Virus record (IMG/VR): IMGVR_UViG_3300035181_000471
Location: 124,001 to 188,000 of that record
Strand: one strand, 5' to 3'
DNA: 64,000 nucleotides
Positions 47,158 to 56,119 of this stretch are shown here, piece after piece. Positions within the stretch are counted from its first letter, which is position 1. Each line of letters starts with the position of its first letter. The position numbers and the translations under genes were made by a program. The notes under the pieces were generated by a model. It was not told the DNA's origin, did no database searches, and saw only the letters and a list, made by a program, of their open reading frames with translations.

Positions 47158-49470
47158 ATGACTCGTAATCTTCTAGATGCCCTGATTACGGCAACATCCG
47201 AGGTCTCCGTGAAAACTGGTTATTTACAGCCAGGGGATATGGCCGTTGCCGCTAACGGTAAGGCTTTCGTGGTTACCGCTTCTCGTTCTATGGGTAAAAA
47301 GAACACCTACAAAGTCGCCTTTGAAGACGGCACTGAGGTTCCCCTAGAAGGCGATGGAGTGATGACTTTTGAAGACATGGGCGCAGAGAATTCTCCCATG
47401 GAAAAACTTTCAACGCTGCATAAACTGGCGTTGAATCCTGACTTTGATCTTTATGTAAAAACCTCCATCTCGGACCACAACCTCCCAATTGATGAAGATG
47501 TCAATTGGGCTAAGTGGCTTGAAGCTACCTACAGAATGATGGTGGCTCCAACTAACGATGAAGTGAGAGATGAAGCCATTCACCATATGCTTATCGAAAA
47601 TCTATTCAGGTACGATGCCCTGGCTAGGTTCGATGCTTCAAGACTCCCTGCCTCTATTCAAGCCCTGCCAGTTGAGAAGCAAGTGTCTTCTTACCTGAAG
47701 GGTTATTTCCTTAAGCAGAGATCTGACTGCGTTGAGTGGGTCAAAAAGACTTACGCAACGGGTAAAGAAATGCTCGTCATGGACGATGCTGACGGTAGCG
47801 AAGCCTTCATTAACAGCCCTGAATACTCCGAGGCCGATTCTGGTTTTGAGGGCTCCATCTCTAAGATGGACACAGAGAAATTCAGAAAGTCCTTCCTGCA
47901 CTTCCTAGAGAATGGTGCTGGGCTAACCCACAAGAAAACAAAAGAGAAGGTTGCACTTCTTCTCAACTTGATCCTAGACACTCCTGCTACCAAGCCTGGA
48001 GAGATTATTCAACGACTCGCTGATCAAGCTGAGGTGTCGCACTCCACAGCTACCAAGCTATTCTTCACTACGCTTCCTCCTCTAATTGAAAAGTTTATGA
48101 AGACTCCTGAGGGTGCTTCATTGAACAGTGAGAAACAACCCTCTGTAGCTAAGCATTCTAATTTGGAGGACTCCTCGATGCGTAAATCCCGTTTTGCAAA
48201 AAGTAAGCAAGCTGAAGCTGATAAATGCCCTCAGTGCGGCCAGAATCTAGTAAATGGAATCTGCCCTACCTGTAAGGACAAGGCTGACAAGGCCGCTAAG
48301 GAACAGTCCAAGGCTCTAAATACCCAGCAACAGCCTGAAAAGACTGGTCCCCAGGTCAAGTCTTACGGCTCCGTAACCGCTGGTAACAAGGCAGCTAGAA
48401 CTGAAGGAACCCCTTCTGCATGGTCCGTAGATAACAATAGAGTTCTACCCTCCAAGGACGGTGAACCCGAAGGTCCAAAGATCAAGATCAAGGCTTCTAC
48501 TGATAAGTATGCCACCTTCCGTCACCTAGCTGAAGAGGAGGCTCCCGCAATTTCTGAGGCTCTAGTAGAACTTTCTCAGGCTTTCGCTACTCTAGCTGAA
48601 GCTTCTGAAGCTCTAGTAGAGAATCTAGACCTAGCCCCTATTCCCGAAGAGGGCTCTATTAAGGATAAGGTCGCTTCTCGCAAGAAGTTCGCATCCACCC
48701 TTAAGAAGCTAGCCGAAGAAGCACCTGATAAGGTTGAAGAGGCCGTCAAGGAACTTTACAGTTCTCTAGATGAGATCGCTTCGGCTATGGAAAATCTAGC
48801 TTCTAACCTAGGTATTGATCTAGTCAGTGAAGAATCTGAGTTGGATGAAGAAGTCCATGATGAGCTAGCTGATACCCATGACACTGAAGAAGTTGTTGAA
48901 GAAGTTGACAACTCTGAAGTGCCTGAGGATGTTCAGATTGATGGTGCCGATGCTCCTGCTATCCTGGATGAGTTTGTCGGTGAGAACAAAAAGAGCAAAG
49001 AAGCAATTAAGAAGCTTCACACTGAAAAAGGGAAAGAAATTGAGTACGGTCCTGGTGGAAAGGTAAAATGCCCTTACTGCAATACCTGGAAGAAGGCTCA
49101 GGAACCTTGCCCTAACTGTGGTAATAAAGAAGCCTCTCTACGCGAGAGAATCATGGCCCGTAGAGCCGCCAGAACTAAGACCGCCGCTCAAGTAGTCTGC
49201 AATACCGAGTCTGGTGGCGTGTGGACCAAGTATGAAGCTGGGGATGATGAAGCCATTATGAAGGCTTGTGAGGGTACCAAGTGGTCCCTTTGTGACCCAA
49301 GAATGGCCGCTGAGTATCTAGCTAAAGGTCCTCTATTCATCTTGTCTGAAGGCCCCGAATCCTTCGCTGTGTATGATCCCACCAGAGACATCATTTACGA
49401 TGTGGATGATGCCGAGACTGACTTCTTTGATGAGGAACTAGCAGAACTAAAAACCTGCCTAGGCCAGTAA
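47158..49470 (+). CDS. multidomain probable head protein containing an ECF-sigma-like domain, Zn ribbons and K-x-A motifs
   Basis: DEAIHHML...ARFDASR...VSSYLKGYFLKQRSD (region-2-like); GEIIQRLADQAEVSHSTATKL (region-4 HTH-like); CPQC/CPTC and CPYC/CPNC. Confidence 0.6.
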   Translation: MTRNLLDALITATSEVSVKTGYLQPGDMAVAANGKAFVVTASRSMGKKNTYKVAFEDGTEVPLEGDGVMTFEDMGAENSPMEKLSTLHKLALNPDFDLYVKTSISDHNLPIDEDVNWAKWLEATYRMMVAPTNDEVRDEAIHHMLIENLFRYDALARFDASRLPASIQALPVEKQVSSYLKGYFLKQRSDCVEWVKKTYATGKEMLVMDDADGSEAFINSPEYSEADSGFEGSISKMDTEKFRKSFLHFLENGAGLTHKKTKEKVALLLNLILDTPATKPGEIIQRLADQAEVSHSTATKLFFTTLPPLIEKFMKTPEGASLNSEKQPSVAKHSNLEDSSMRKSRFAKSKQAEADKCPQCGQNLVNGICPTCKDKADKAAKEQSKALNTQQQPEKTGPQVKSYGSVTAGNKAARTEGTPSAWSVDNNRVLPSKDGEPEGPKIKIKASTDKYATFRHLAEEEAPAISEALVELSQAFATLAEASEALVENLDLAPIPEEGSIKDKVASRKKFASTLKKLAEEAPDKVEEAVKELYSSLDEIASAMENLASNLGIDLVSEESELDEEVHDELADTHDTEEVVEEVDNSEVPEDVQIDGADAPAILDEFVGENKKSKEAIKKLHTEKGKEIEYGPGGKVKCPYCNTWKKAQEPCPNCGNKEASLRERIMARRAARTKTAAQVVCNTESGGVWTKYEAGDDEAIMKACEGTKWSLCDPRMAAEYLAKGPLFILSEGPESFAVYDPTRDIIYDVDDAETDFFDEELAELKTCLGQ

Positions 49471-49489
49471 TATACGAAAAAATGCATTT

Positions 49490-49524
49490 AACTTCGGGGA
49501 TTGAATAAGTCCCTGAAGTTTTTT
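49490..49524 (+). terminator. terminator-like hairpin
   Basis: AACTTCGGGGAT-tgaataa-GTCCCTGAAGTT-TTTT (G-U pairs). Confidence 0.7.
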
Positions 49525-49585
49525 GTTTAAAAATAAGTATCAATAGATGAGCGAGTAGTTAACTTGCAAGAACGAGGTATACTTA

Positions 49586-50200
49586 ATGGCGTCACCTGAT
49601 GTGGGGATTTACGGGATAGAGAATACGATAACTGACAAATGGTATATCGGATCTTCGGTTGAACTTAGTAAGAGGTTCAGTAGGCATCTATGGGAGTTGA
49701 GGTCTGGTAGACACCACTCCGACAAGCTTCAAAGATCATTCGATAAGCATGGTGTTAAGGCATTTGATTTCAAGTTACTAATGGTCTGCTCCAAAGAGGA
49801 TCTTGAGTTCTATGAGTCGAGAGCAATCAAGGCTTATAGGGGGTTTACCGATGGCTATAATGTCGCGGCTGAGGCTAAGGGGGGATTTATGCGAGGTCGT
49901 AATTGGCCCGAAGCTACCAAGGCCGCTAGGATTGAAGAGATGAAGACGCGCAGAATGACAGAGGAACAAAAGACAAAAATCTCTGAGCTTAAAAAGGCTG
50001 AGTGGTCTAACCCAGAAATTCACGAAGCTAGATCAGCGAGTATGCGTAAGCCCAAGAGTAAAGAGGGTGCCGCTAACATTGCCGCCGCCTCATTGAAACG
50101 CTTGCGTGACCCAGATCCGGCTCAAGTTGAAGCTAGGCGTCAGAACTTACTTAAGGGCTGGGAAACCAGGAGAAATAATAAAAGACAAGGGAGTCTTTAA
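49586..50200 (+). CDS. free-standing GIY-YIG homing endonuclease
   Basis: GIYGIENTITDKWYIGSS...RH...HHSDKLQRSFDKHG...E...YN; NUMOD3-like MTEEQKTKISE. Confidence 0.92.
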   Translation: MASPDVGIYGIENTITDKWYIGSSVELSKRFSRHLWELRSGRHHSDKLQRSFDKHGVKAFDFKLLMVCSKEDLEFYESRAIKAYRGFTDGYNVAAEAKGGFMRGRNWPEATKAARIEEMKTRRMTEEQKTKISELKKAEWSNPEIHEARSASMRKPKSKEGAANIAAASLKRLRDPDPAQVEARRQNLLKGWETRRNNKRQGSL

Positions 50201-50934
50201 TGGCTGAGAACTCGCCGTACTTCGAGTCAATTGTAGCTGATAGAGCATTACTATTAGATCCAGAAGACTACCAGGGTGACCACACCCTTTCCCTAGAAAC
50301 CCAAGCCGACATCGTAGCGCAAGACATAGCGTCTTACATCTTCGAAAATTTTAGAGACTTTTTAAAGATCCTTAAATTTCTCTCACCAGAAGATCAGGAA
50401 CTTTTACTCGGCTATTACATCCTATCCAAAACCCAGTGGAGTTTAGCCAGAATTCACAATTCCACTCAAACCATCTGTAGCTTTAAACTTCGACTCGCCG
50501 TAAAAAAGCTCGGGACTTACATGCTCCTTGGAGTGCCAACGGCAGAGAAGATTAACGAGATCCTAGAGAAGTTTGGTAGAACGAATTTCAATGAAGAGGT
50601 CCGACTCGCTGACCTAATCGACTACTACGCCAAGACTCGTTCGTTTAAAACCGTTGCCTCCCATTTCAAGGTCAAGAGACCTGATGTGAGAAGGGCTATG
50701 AGTAGTCTTGCTAAGGAACTGATGGATCAGAGAGACATTCACATGATGGCCTTGGGTGCTTTCGTATTCGGATTAATCGACAAAGCATCGGCTCAAGGCA
50801 AGGGTTTATCGGCCAGAGAGAAGGCAAAAATTTGTCCCATCTATCGCAGAGACCCACCCATTCTAGGGGAATTCCAAGTCAATGTTCAGGATTCCGACTT
50901 TGAGCATCTCTTAGTAACCAAGGCTAATTATTAG
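50200..50934 (+). CDS. sigma70 region-4-like DNA-binding protein with a second HTH
   Basis: LKFLSPEDQELLLGYYILSKTQWSLARIHNSTQTICSFKLRLAVKKL; second HTH YAKTRSFKTVASHFKVKRPDVRRAM. Confidence 0.65.
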   Translation: MAENSPYFESIVADRALLLDPEDYQGDHTLSLETQADIVAQDIASYIFENFRDFLKILKFLSPEDQELLLGYYILSKTQWSLARIHNSTQTICSFKLRLAVKKLGTYMLLGVPTAEKINEILEKFGRTNFNEEVRLADLIDYYAKTRSFKTVASHFKVKRPDVRRAMSSLAKELMDQRDIHMMALGAFVFGLIDKASAQGKGLSAREKAKICPIYRRDPPILGEFQVNVQDSDFEHLLVTKANY

Positions 50935-50952
50935 AACTGCTCTCATTTTAAA

Positions 50953-50973
50953 ACTTTCAGCCTCTAGTATAGA
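50953..50973 (+). promoter_or_regulatory. candidate late promoter motif
   Basis: ACTTTC-agcct-CT-agtata-GA. Confidence 0.55.
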
Positions 50974-50986
50974 GCGGAGTCATGCA

Positions 50987-51265
50987 ATGCGTTCCAAAAA
51001 TAATCAAATCCATTACCTAGGAAGAGTTAAGTCTACCATTCCTCCTGCGGAAAAAGGTGCTAAACAAGCCGCTTCTATGGGCCTTGTAAGGATCGCTGGG
51101 AATGTTTTTGAATGTCCTAGCTCTAAGGATTTATGGAAGGTTGAGGGTTCCAAGGTCATTCGACTATCCTCATCTGAGGTAGATAATGACGAATCCCTCA
51201 AGCCTGCGAATAAGGCGAATCCTTCCAAGTTCTTGAAAGACATTCTAGCTGAACTAGAGCTATAA
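50987..51265 (+). CDS. small hypothetical protein
   Basis: 92-aa ORF with GGAG SD. Confidence 0.6.
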   Translation: MRSKNNQIHYLGRVKSTIPPAEKGAKQAASMGLVRIAGNVFECPSSKDLWKVEGSKVIRLSSSEVDNDESLKPANKANPSKFLKDILAELEL

Positions 51266-51275
51266 GAGAGACAAA

Positions 51276-52583
51276 ATGACCAAACCAAAATACGCCGTTA
51301 CCTCCCTGTTAGACCAGTTTCTTGAAGAGACTGAGCCTGACTATAACGCTTTGGGACTAAAAGGCCCCAAGGCTATCGGTGACCAATTCAGGGAACTCTC
51401 AGCCGATGAAGCTGATTTCGGTTTCCTAGATGGCATTGCTGGACACTCCAGACACCAGACCGCCCTTGGTCACACCTCCAGTTACACGCCTCGTCAGCTA
51501 AATAGAAGCACTGATGAGACCAATGACTCCGTGCTTGGTGAGGCTACCCAGTCCTTCCAAAAGGCCGAGAACACTGATTACGAGAAAAAGGGGCTTAACG
51601 AAAGTGAAATTCACAATCGTCTGAAGCTCCTTTTGAATTTAGGGTTCACTCCTGAGAAGATCGCTGGCTTCATTAAGTCTGCTGATCTAAAGGTATTTGA
51701 CACCTCTCAGTCCCTTGGCACCTTCATTCAGGATTACGCTCCCGGCCTAGGTCTAGCCTACATCGAACCCAATTTTTACATGCAGTCTTGTGATCAGTCT
51801 TTCGCCAAGATTCAGAAAGAAGGCAAGCTAAGAGCAATGGCCGTTAAGAAGGTTTCTGCTTGTGAAGGTTGCGCCAAGCTCAAGAATGGTAATTGCAATT
51901 TATACCGCAAGCCTGTAGTAGCCAATGCCTCCGAGTTAACTACCGTAGTAAAGGCAGAGCTAGAGAAGAAGAATATCAAGTCAGCCTCCCTCAAGGAAGG
52001 TCTAGCCAAGCTAGCATCCAATGAGAAGGTTGCTCAGCCCTCCATCACCGCTATGCAAAATACTGGCACCGTAAGAACTGCTGGTGACAAGACTGCAATG
52101 ATCAAGAAGGAAGCTTCTGTTGCTGAGATCGGAGCCGCTATTACCGCTGGCATTCCTGTTCAGAAGGTATTCAAGCAAGCCGCCGCTCAGTATGGTAAGA
52201 TCTCCGCTATGGCCGCTGTAAAGCGTTATATCGCCTCCCTAAAGGGTTCCAAGGCCAAGGTTGTTATCGCCGCTCTAGACTGCTCTTACCTTAAGGGTAA
52301 GCTAGCATCCACCAATGCAATCATTGGTGAGTCCAAGTGTGCCTCTTGCTCTTACAGAGGCGGGATGCACTGTGGCTTGACTGGTGGAACTCTTCTATCC
52401 TTCCCTGGAATGAACAGAGTCGCAACCAACAAGATTTCCCACAGCACTGAGACCGATGGTCGTTCCGTTCTATTCGAATACGAGATGCTTGATACCAACG
52501 AAGATGTTCCTCTAACGATTGACGAAGATAGAACTGATACCGATGTCGAGTTGACAACCACTTCTAAGATTGATGTAGAATAA
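51276..52583 (+). CDS. probable head protein with duplicated 4-Cys module and K-x-A motifs
   Basis: C..ACEGCAKLKNGNCNLY and C..KCASCSYRGGMHCGLT; KSAS, KLAS, KEAS, RTAG. Confidence 0.6.
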   Translation: MTKPKYAVTSLLDQFLEETEPDYNALGLKGPKAIGDQFRELSADEADFGFLDGIAGHSRHQTALGHTSSYTPRQLNRSTDETNDSVLGEATQSFQKAENTDYEKKGLNESEIHNRLKLLLNLGFTPEKIAGFIKSADLKVFDTSQSLGTFIQDYAPGLGLAYIEPNFYMQSCDQSFAKIQKEGKLRAMAVKKVSACEGCAKLKNGNCNLYRKPVVANASELTTVVKAELEKKNIKSASLKEGLAKLASNEKVAQPSITAMQNTGTVRTAGDKTAMIKKEASVAEIGAAITAGIPVQKVFKQAAAQYGKISAMAAVKRYIASLKGSKAKVVIAALDCSYLKGKLASTNAIIGESKCASCSYRGGMHCGLTGGTLLSFPGMNRVATNKISHSTETDGRSVLFEYEMLDTNEDVPLTIDEDRTDTDVELTTTSKIDVE

Positions 52584-53074
52584 TGAGCGATGATACTCTT
52601 GTCGTTATAGACGATTCGGATGAGATTCCGACCCTGCTGACTAGCATCCCCGCTAATCGTATGGTTGAAATCCTGGATCTAATTGAAGATCCACTAAAAC
52701 CCGTATCCGATATCAACCGCATTATTGCACAAGAGATCGCCGCAGTAACCGGGGAAATGGCATCACTCACCCAGTCTAATGCTTACAAGCTAGCCATCCT
52801 CAAAGAGCAAGTCAGAGCTTTGAGAGAGTTAGCCAAAACACTAGTAGAAAACGAAGTTCTATCCAAGAAGGATATCCTAAACTTCGATGGACCTAAGTTC
52901 CAATTCGTTTTCCAAGAAATTACTTCCAGCTTCAAGAAAGCGATGAAAGATTCTGGAGTTTCTGAAGCCTCTGCAAATGATGTTCTCCGTAATTTCAGAG
53001 ACATCATGGCAGCTAAGGAAGTAGAACTACGCAAGGCCACTGAGAAAGTGGAATCAACCTTCATTTTGAAATAA
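52583..53074 (+). CDS. hypothetical helical protein
   Basis: 163-aa ORF; TAATG coupling. Confidence 0.6.
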   Translation: MSDDTLVVIDDSDEIPTLLTSIPANRMVEILDLIEDPLKPVSDINRIIAQEIAAVTGEMASLTQSNAYKLAILKEQVRALRELAKTLVENEVLSKKDILNFDGPKFQFVFQEITSSFKKAMKDSGVSEASANDVLRNFRDIMAAKEVELRKATEKVESTFILK

Positions 53075-53080
53075 GGGGTA

Positions 53081-56000
53081 ATGATGAGTAATGTTCAAAA
53101 GTCTTTCACTACAATGGGTCTACAGGCCGTTCTTGGTGCTGTAACCAATGCAGTCATTGAGGCCGAAAAGAAGGCCAAGAGTTCCAGGGAGATTCAGTCC
53201 CTAGACATCCTTCGTCCAGGACTTCGCCAGGATCTATACATTGGCAAGCTAATGGTCGTTCCTTACAATGTCATGGAAGATGTCAGCAAGGTTCCCCTAC
53301 CTCTACTCAAAGGCGCTACCCTAAGTCTATTTGATGGTGAGGAAGCCTCCTGCCTAGAAGCTCATAGACTAGCTGAGACCGAATTCGATGAGCTAGAGCC
53401 TAAGGACTTCGTAACCTACAAGGATAAGGTCTTCCGTGATGAAGATGGTAAACTGGGGTGCCTCTGTGTGTTCCTACCCGCTTGGTCTAATCCTCGTGAT
53501 TACGCTGGCTTCCGCTTTGTCAAGGACGCCACTAAGCTAGAGCAGTTGATTCGTCACTTAGTATTCTCCGCTTATTTCAAGCCTTCTCTCTCCGCAATGT
53601 TCGACATTCTAGAAGAGGACCAGCTAAAGCTTGACGCCGTAAACATCCAGCACGAACACATGGGGCCAATGTCTGAACTAATGGCTAAATCCAACACCTA
53701 CCCTGTGCTTGAGAGCGGTGCTACAAAGACCGCTGGGGTGGCTAGGAAGCCTCTATTGAGGTTTGCTGCATCCGAGATCAACTCCATTAAAGAGGAGTTC
53801 CTAAGCCCCGAAGAGAAGGCTGTAATGGATCAACTATCTGAAGCTGTGGTATCCAAAGCTTCTTCTTTATCTGATGGGCCTACGGGTCACACCTATAATC
53901 ACAGCAATGGCATAGTCCCTCAAAGAGGCGGCTATAATGACAGACCAGCGTCAGAGCCAGTAACCAACGCCTGCCGTAAATGCAATGAAAGCCTAGACGG
54001 AAATAAGAGTGATTACTATTGCGATAAGTGTAACATGCCTCTCAAGAAGTATGCTGAAGGTGAGGAGCCAGTAGAGGCTTCCATGATGCGTATTGGTGAC
54101 GAGGATGGCGCTGTTGTATCCGGCCCTAACACAGATGAAGATCTAATCATTGCCATCGCCAAGGATGCAGAAGACCTAGTATCCGAGAAATATCTAGCTT
54201 TGGGAGACTCTCTGGACCTAGTTGAGAATGTCGATTCCGGCGCTTACGATCTGGCTCTTGAAGAGGCTATTTACGAAATCATGGAAAAGAAGTCCATTCC
54301 TTACCATGATGCCGAGGAAGTTGCCGCTAAGGTCAAGGAGTACTTGACTGAAGAATGGGACGGAGAGACCACTGAAGGATGGGACGAAGAGAAGGTAGAC
54401 GGACTAGACCCCGAGCTAGAAGCGGAACTAAACAGTGTCTACGGTGATCCCGACATTGACATTGATGCTGAAGAATCCAAGACCTCTTCCAAGAAAGTTG
54501 CATTCATTGACTTTTTCGGTAAGTGTGAGAAGTGCGGCGCTCTAGTTGGTGTCCCCCCAGGTTCCGCTCCCGAGGGTCATGCGATCCTCTGCCCCAAGTG
54601 CCAGGGTGGGGATAACGACCCCAAGAAGACTTCTTCCAAGAAGAAGGCCGGTAATCCTACCGCTGGGTCCGTGGGTAACCACAAAGCTGAGCCTAAGAAG
54701 GCTACTCCTACTTCTTGGTCTGTAGATAACACTAGACCTGAACCCTCTACTCTTCCTCAGGAAACCACTGAAGAGCAGATCGAAGCCAAGGAAAAGACTA
54801 CCCCCAGTATTAATACTTCCGTATCTGCAAGCCTAAAGTTCGCTAAGGCCACTGAATACTTTGATGTGGTAAGAGAAGAACTACAAGAGCCCGAAGAAGC
54901 TGCCGTTACTGATGACTCCGGCCTAGATGTCCCAACTGAAGTCCAGACTGCCGCCGATGTTCTCTCTGAGGATTTCGCTGGTCAGAGGGGCCTAGGCTCC
55001 AAGCCTGACTATGATTCTGAAAAGTCGGTTGGTGCCATTGAGCCAGAGGACGCAGAGAAAGAGCCTAAGAAGACTCCAGAAGATGTGGAGAGAGAACTAA
55101 ATTCTCCCGCTGAAGAGAAGCCAGAGCCTAAGAAGACTCCAGAAGATGTGGAGAAGGAACTGGACGAGCCTAAGCCTGAGGAAAAGGCCAAGGAAGAGAA
55201 AGAAGAGCCCACCCCTAAGCAGGGCGGATTAAAAAAAAAATTAAATAAAGAGGCTATCACCTACCAGCATCCTGGTGACGGACTTCACGCTCTAGACATG
55301 GATCAGGAGGATGTTCTTCTCCGTCCAGAGTCTCTCAGCGCCCCCAAAATTAGCAAAAAGAAGCTAGCCTTTGACTGGGCCACTCCTGGACAAGTTCTAA
55401 GAGAATTCCAGCCTGGATTATACAATCAGCTTCAGGATCAAATGCACGACAGGGATGACTACTTCCCCGTAGAAGAGTCCATGAATAAACCAACCTCTCA
55501 TCCAGGAGAGCCTAGCCGTGATGAGAGCAATGCAGAAGAAAAGCACACGCTAACTTCTCCCGGCCTAGTATCTACTGAATCCGGTGGCGGAACCCCTCTT
55601 CGCTCTCAGGAGAGAAACATCCGTGGACCCTTCTTCATGGATCAGTTCTACAAGATTCACGCTGATATTGCTCCTGCGAACTTGACCGTGAAGTCCTCCT
55701 CCCTGAAGACGGCATCCAACGAAGAGAAACAGAGCTTAGTCTCTGACTACCTCCTCAAGCTTTCTGCTGAGATCGGGTCTTCCCTACTAGCCGCTTGCAT
55801 GGTAACTGACAAGCCTTCATTCGTTGGAGTCCCAACTGAAGGAACTATCGACCTAAGCAATGGTTGGACGGAAATGAACTCCATGTTTGCAACTGCAAAT
55901 CCTATGGTTGCACAGCTTAAGTCACTATTTGAATCCATCTCCGATAGTGAACTTTCTGATGCTATTAATGACGCTTGGTCTCAAGCCGCAGTATGGAAAA

Positions 56001-56110
56001 GCTCTGGAATCCAGGCATTCTTATACGAAGTCTTCGTCAGAATCGAATCTGTTGATACCGAAACCATGCTAGTCAAATACAAGTTCATAACCAGCCTAAA
56101 AGAAAAGTAA
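53081..56110 (+). CDS. large acidic probable head-internal protein (Zn ribbons, K-x-A motifs)
   Basis: CRKC/CDKC and CEKC/CPKC; KTAG, KVAF, KKAG, KEAI, KLAF, KTAS; 30-bp internal duplication (EPKKTPEDVE x2). Confidence 0.65.
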   Translation: MMSNVQKSFTTMGLQAVLGAVTNAVIEAEKKAKSSREIQSLDILRPGLRQDLYIGKLMVVPYNVMEDVSKVPLPLLKGATLSLFDGEEASCLEAHRLAETEFDELEPKDFVTYKDKVFRDEDGKLGCLCVFLPAWSNPRDYAGFRFVKDATKLEQLIRHLVFSAYFKPSLSAMFDILEEDQLKLDAVNIQHEHMGPMSELMAKSNTYPVLESGATKTAGVARKPLLRFAASEINSIKEEFLSPEEKAVMDQLSEAVVSKASSLSDGPTGHTYNHSNGIVPQRGGYNDRPASEPVTNACRKCNESLDGNKSDYYCDKCNMPLKKYAEGEEPVEASMMRIGDEDGAVVSGPNTDEDLIIAIAKDAEDLVSEKYLALGDSLDLVENVDSGAYDLALEEAIYEIMEKKSIPYHDAEEVAAKVKEYLTEEWDGETTEGWDEEKVDGLDPELEAELNSVYGDPDIDIDAEESKTSSKKVAFIDFFGKCEKCGALVGVPPGSAPEGHAILCPKCQGGDNDPKKTSSKKKAGNPTAGSVGNHKAEPKKATPTSWSVDNTRPEPSTLPQETTEEQIEAKEKTTPSINTSVSASLKFAKATEYFDVVREELQEPEEAAVTDDSGLDVPTEVQTAADVLSEDFAGQRGLGSKPDYDSEKSVGAIEPEDAEKEPKKTPEDVERELNSPAEEKPEPKKTPEDVEKELDEPKPEEKAKEEKEEPTPKQGGLKKKLNKEAITYQHPGDGLHALDMDQEDVLLRPESLSAPKISKKKLAFDWATPGQVLREFQPGLYNQLQDQMHDRDDYFPVEESMNKPTSHPGEPSRDESNAEEKHTLTSPGLVSTESGGGTPLRSQERNIRGPFFMDQFYKIHADIAPANLTVKSSSLKTASNEEKQSLVSDYLLKLSAEIGSSLLAACMVTDKPSFVGVPTEGTIDLSNGWTEMNSMFATANPMVAQLKSLFESISDSELSDAINDAWSQAAVWKSSGIQAFLYEVFVRIESVDTETMLVKYKFITSLKEK

Positions 56111-56119
56111 GGGGACAAC

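Noticed and set aside
49470-50200. GIY-YIG inside a group I intron
   Set aside because: The flanking genes are complete and distinct, a terminator precedes it, and no split gene or intron core is evident.
52583-53074. Terminase small subunit call for the 163-aa helical ORF
   Set aside because: Size and helicity fit, but there is no recognisable motif and no adjacent large terminase.
34124-55260. Other antisense or alternate-frame ORFs over the sheath, scaffold and head genes
   Set aside because: Explained by the biased codon usage of the real + strand genes; low-complexity Ser-rich translations.
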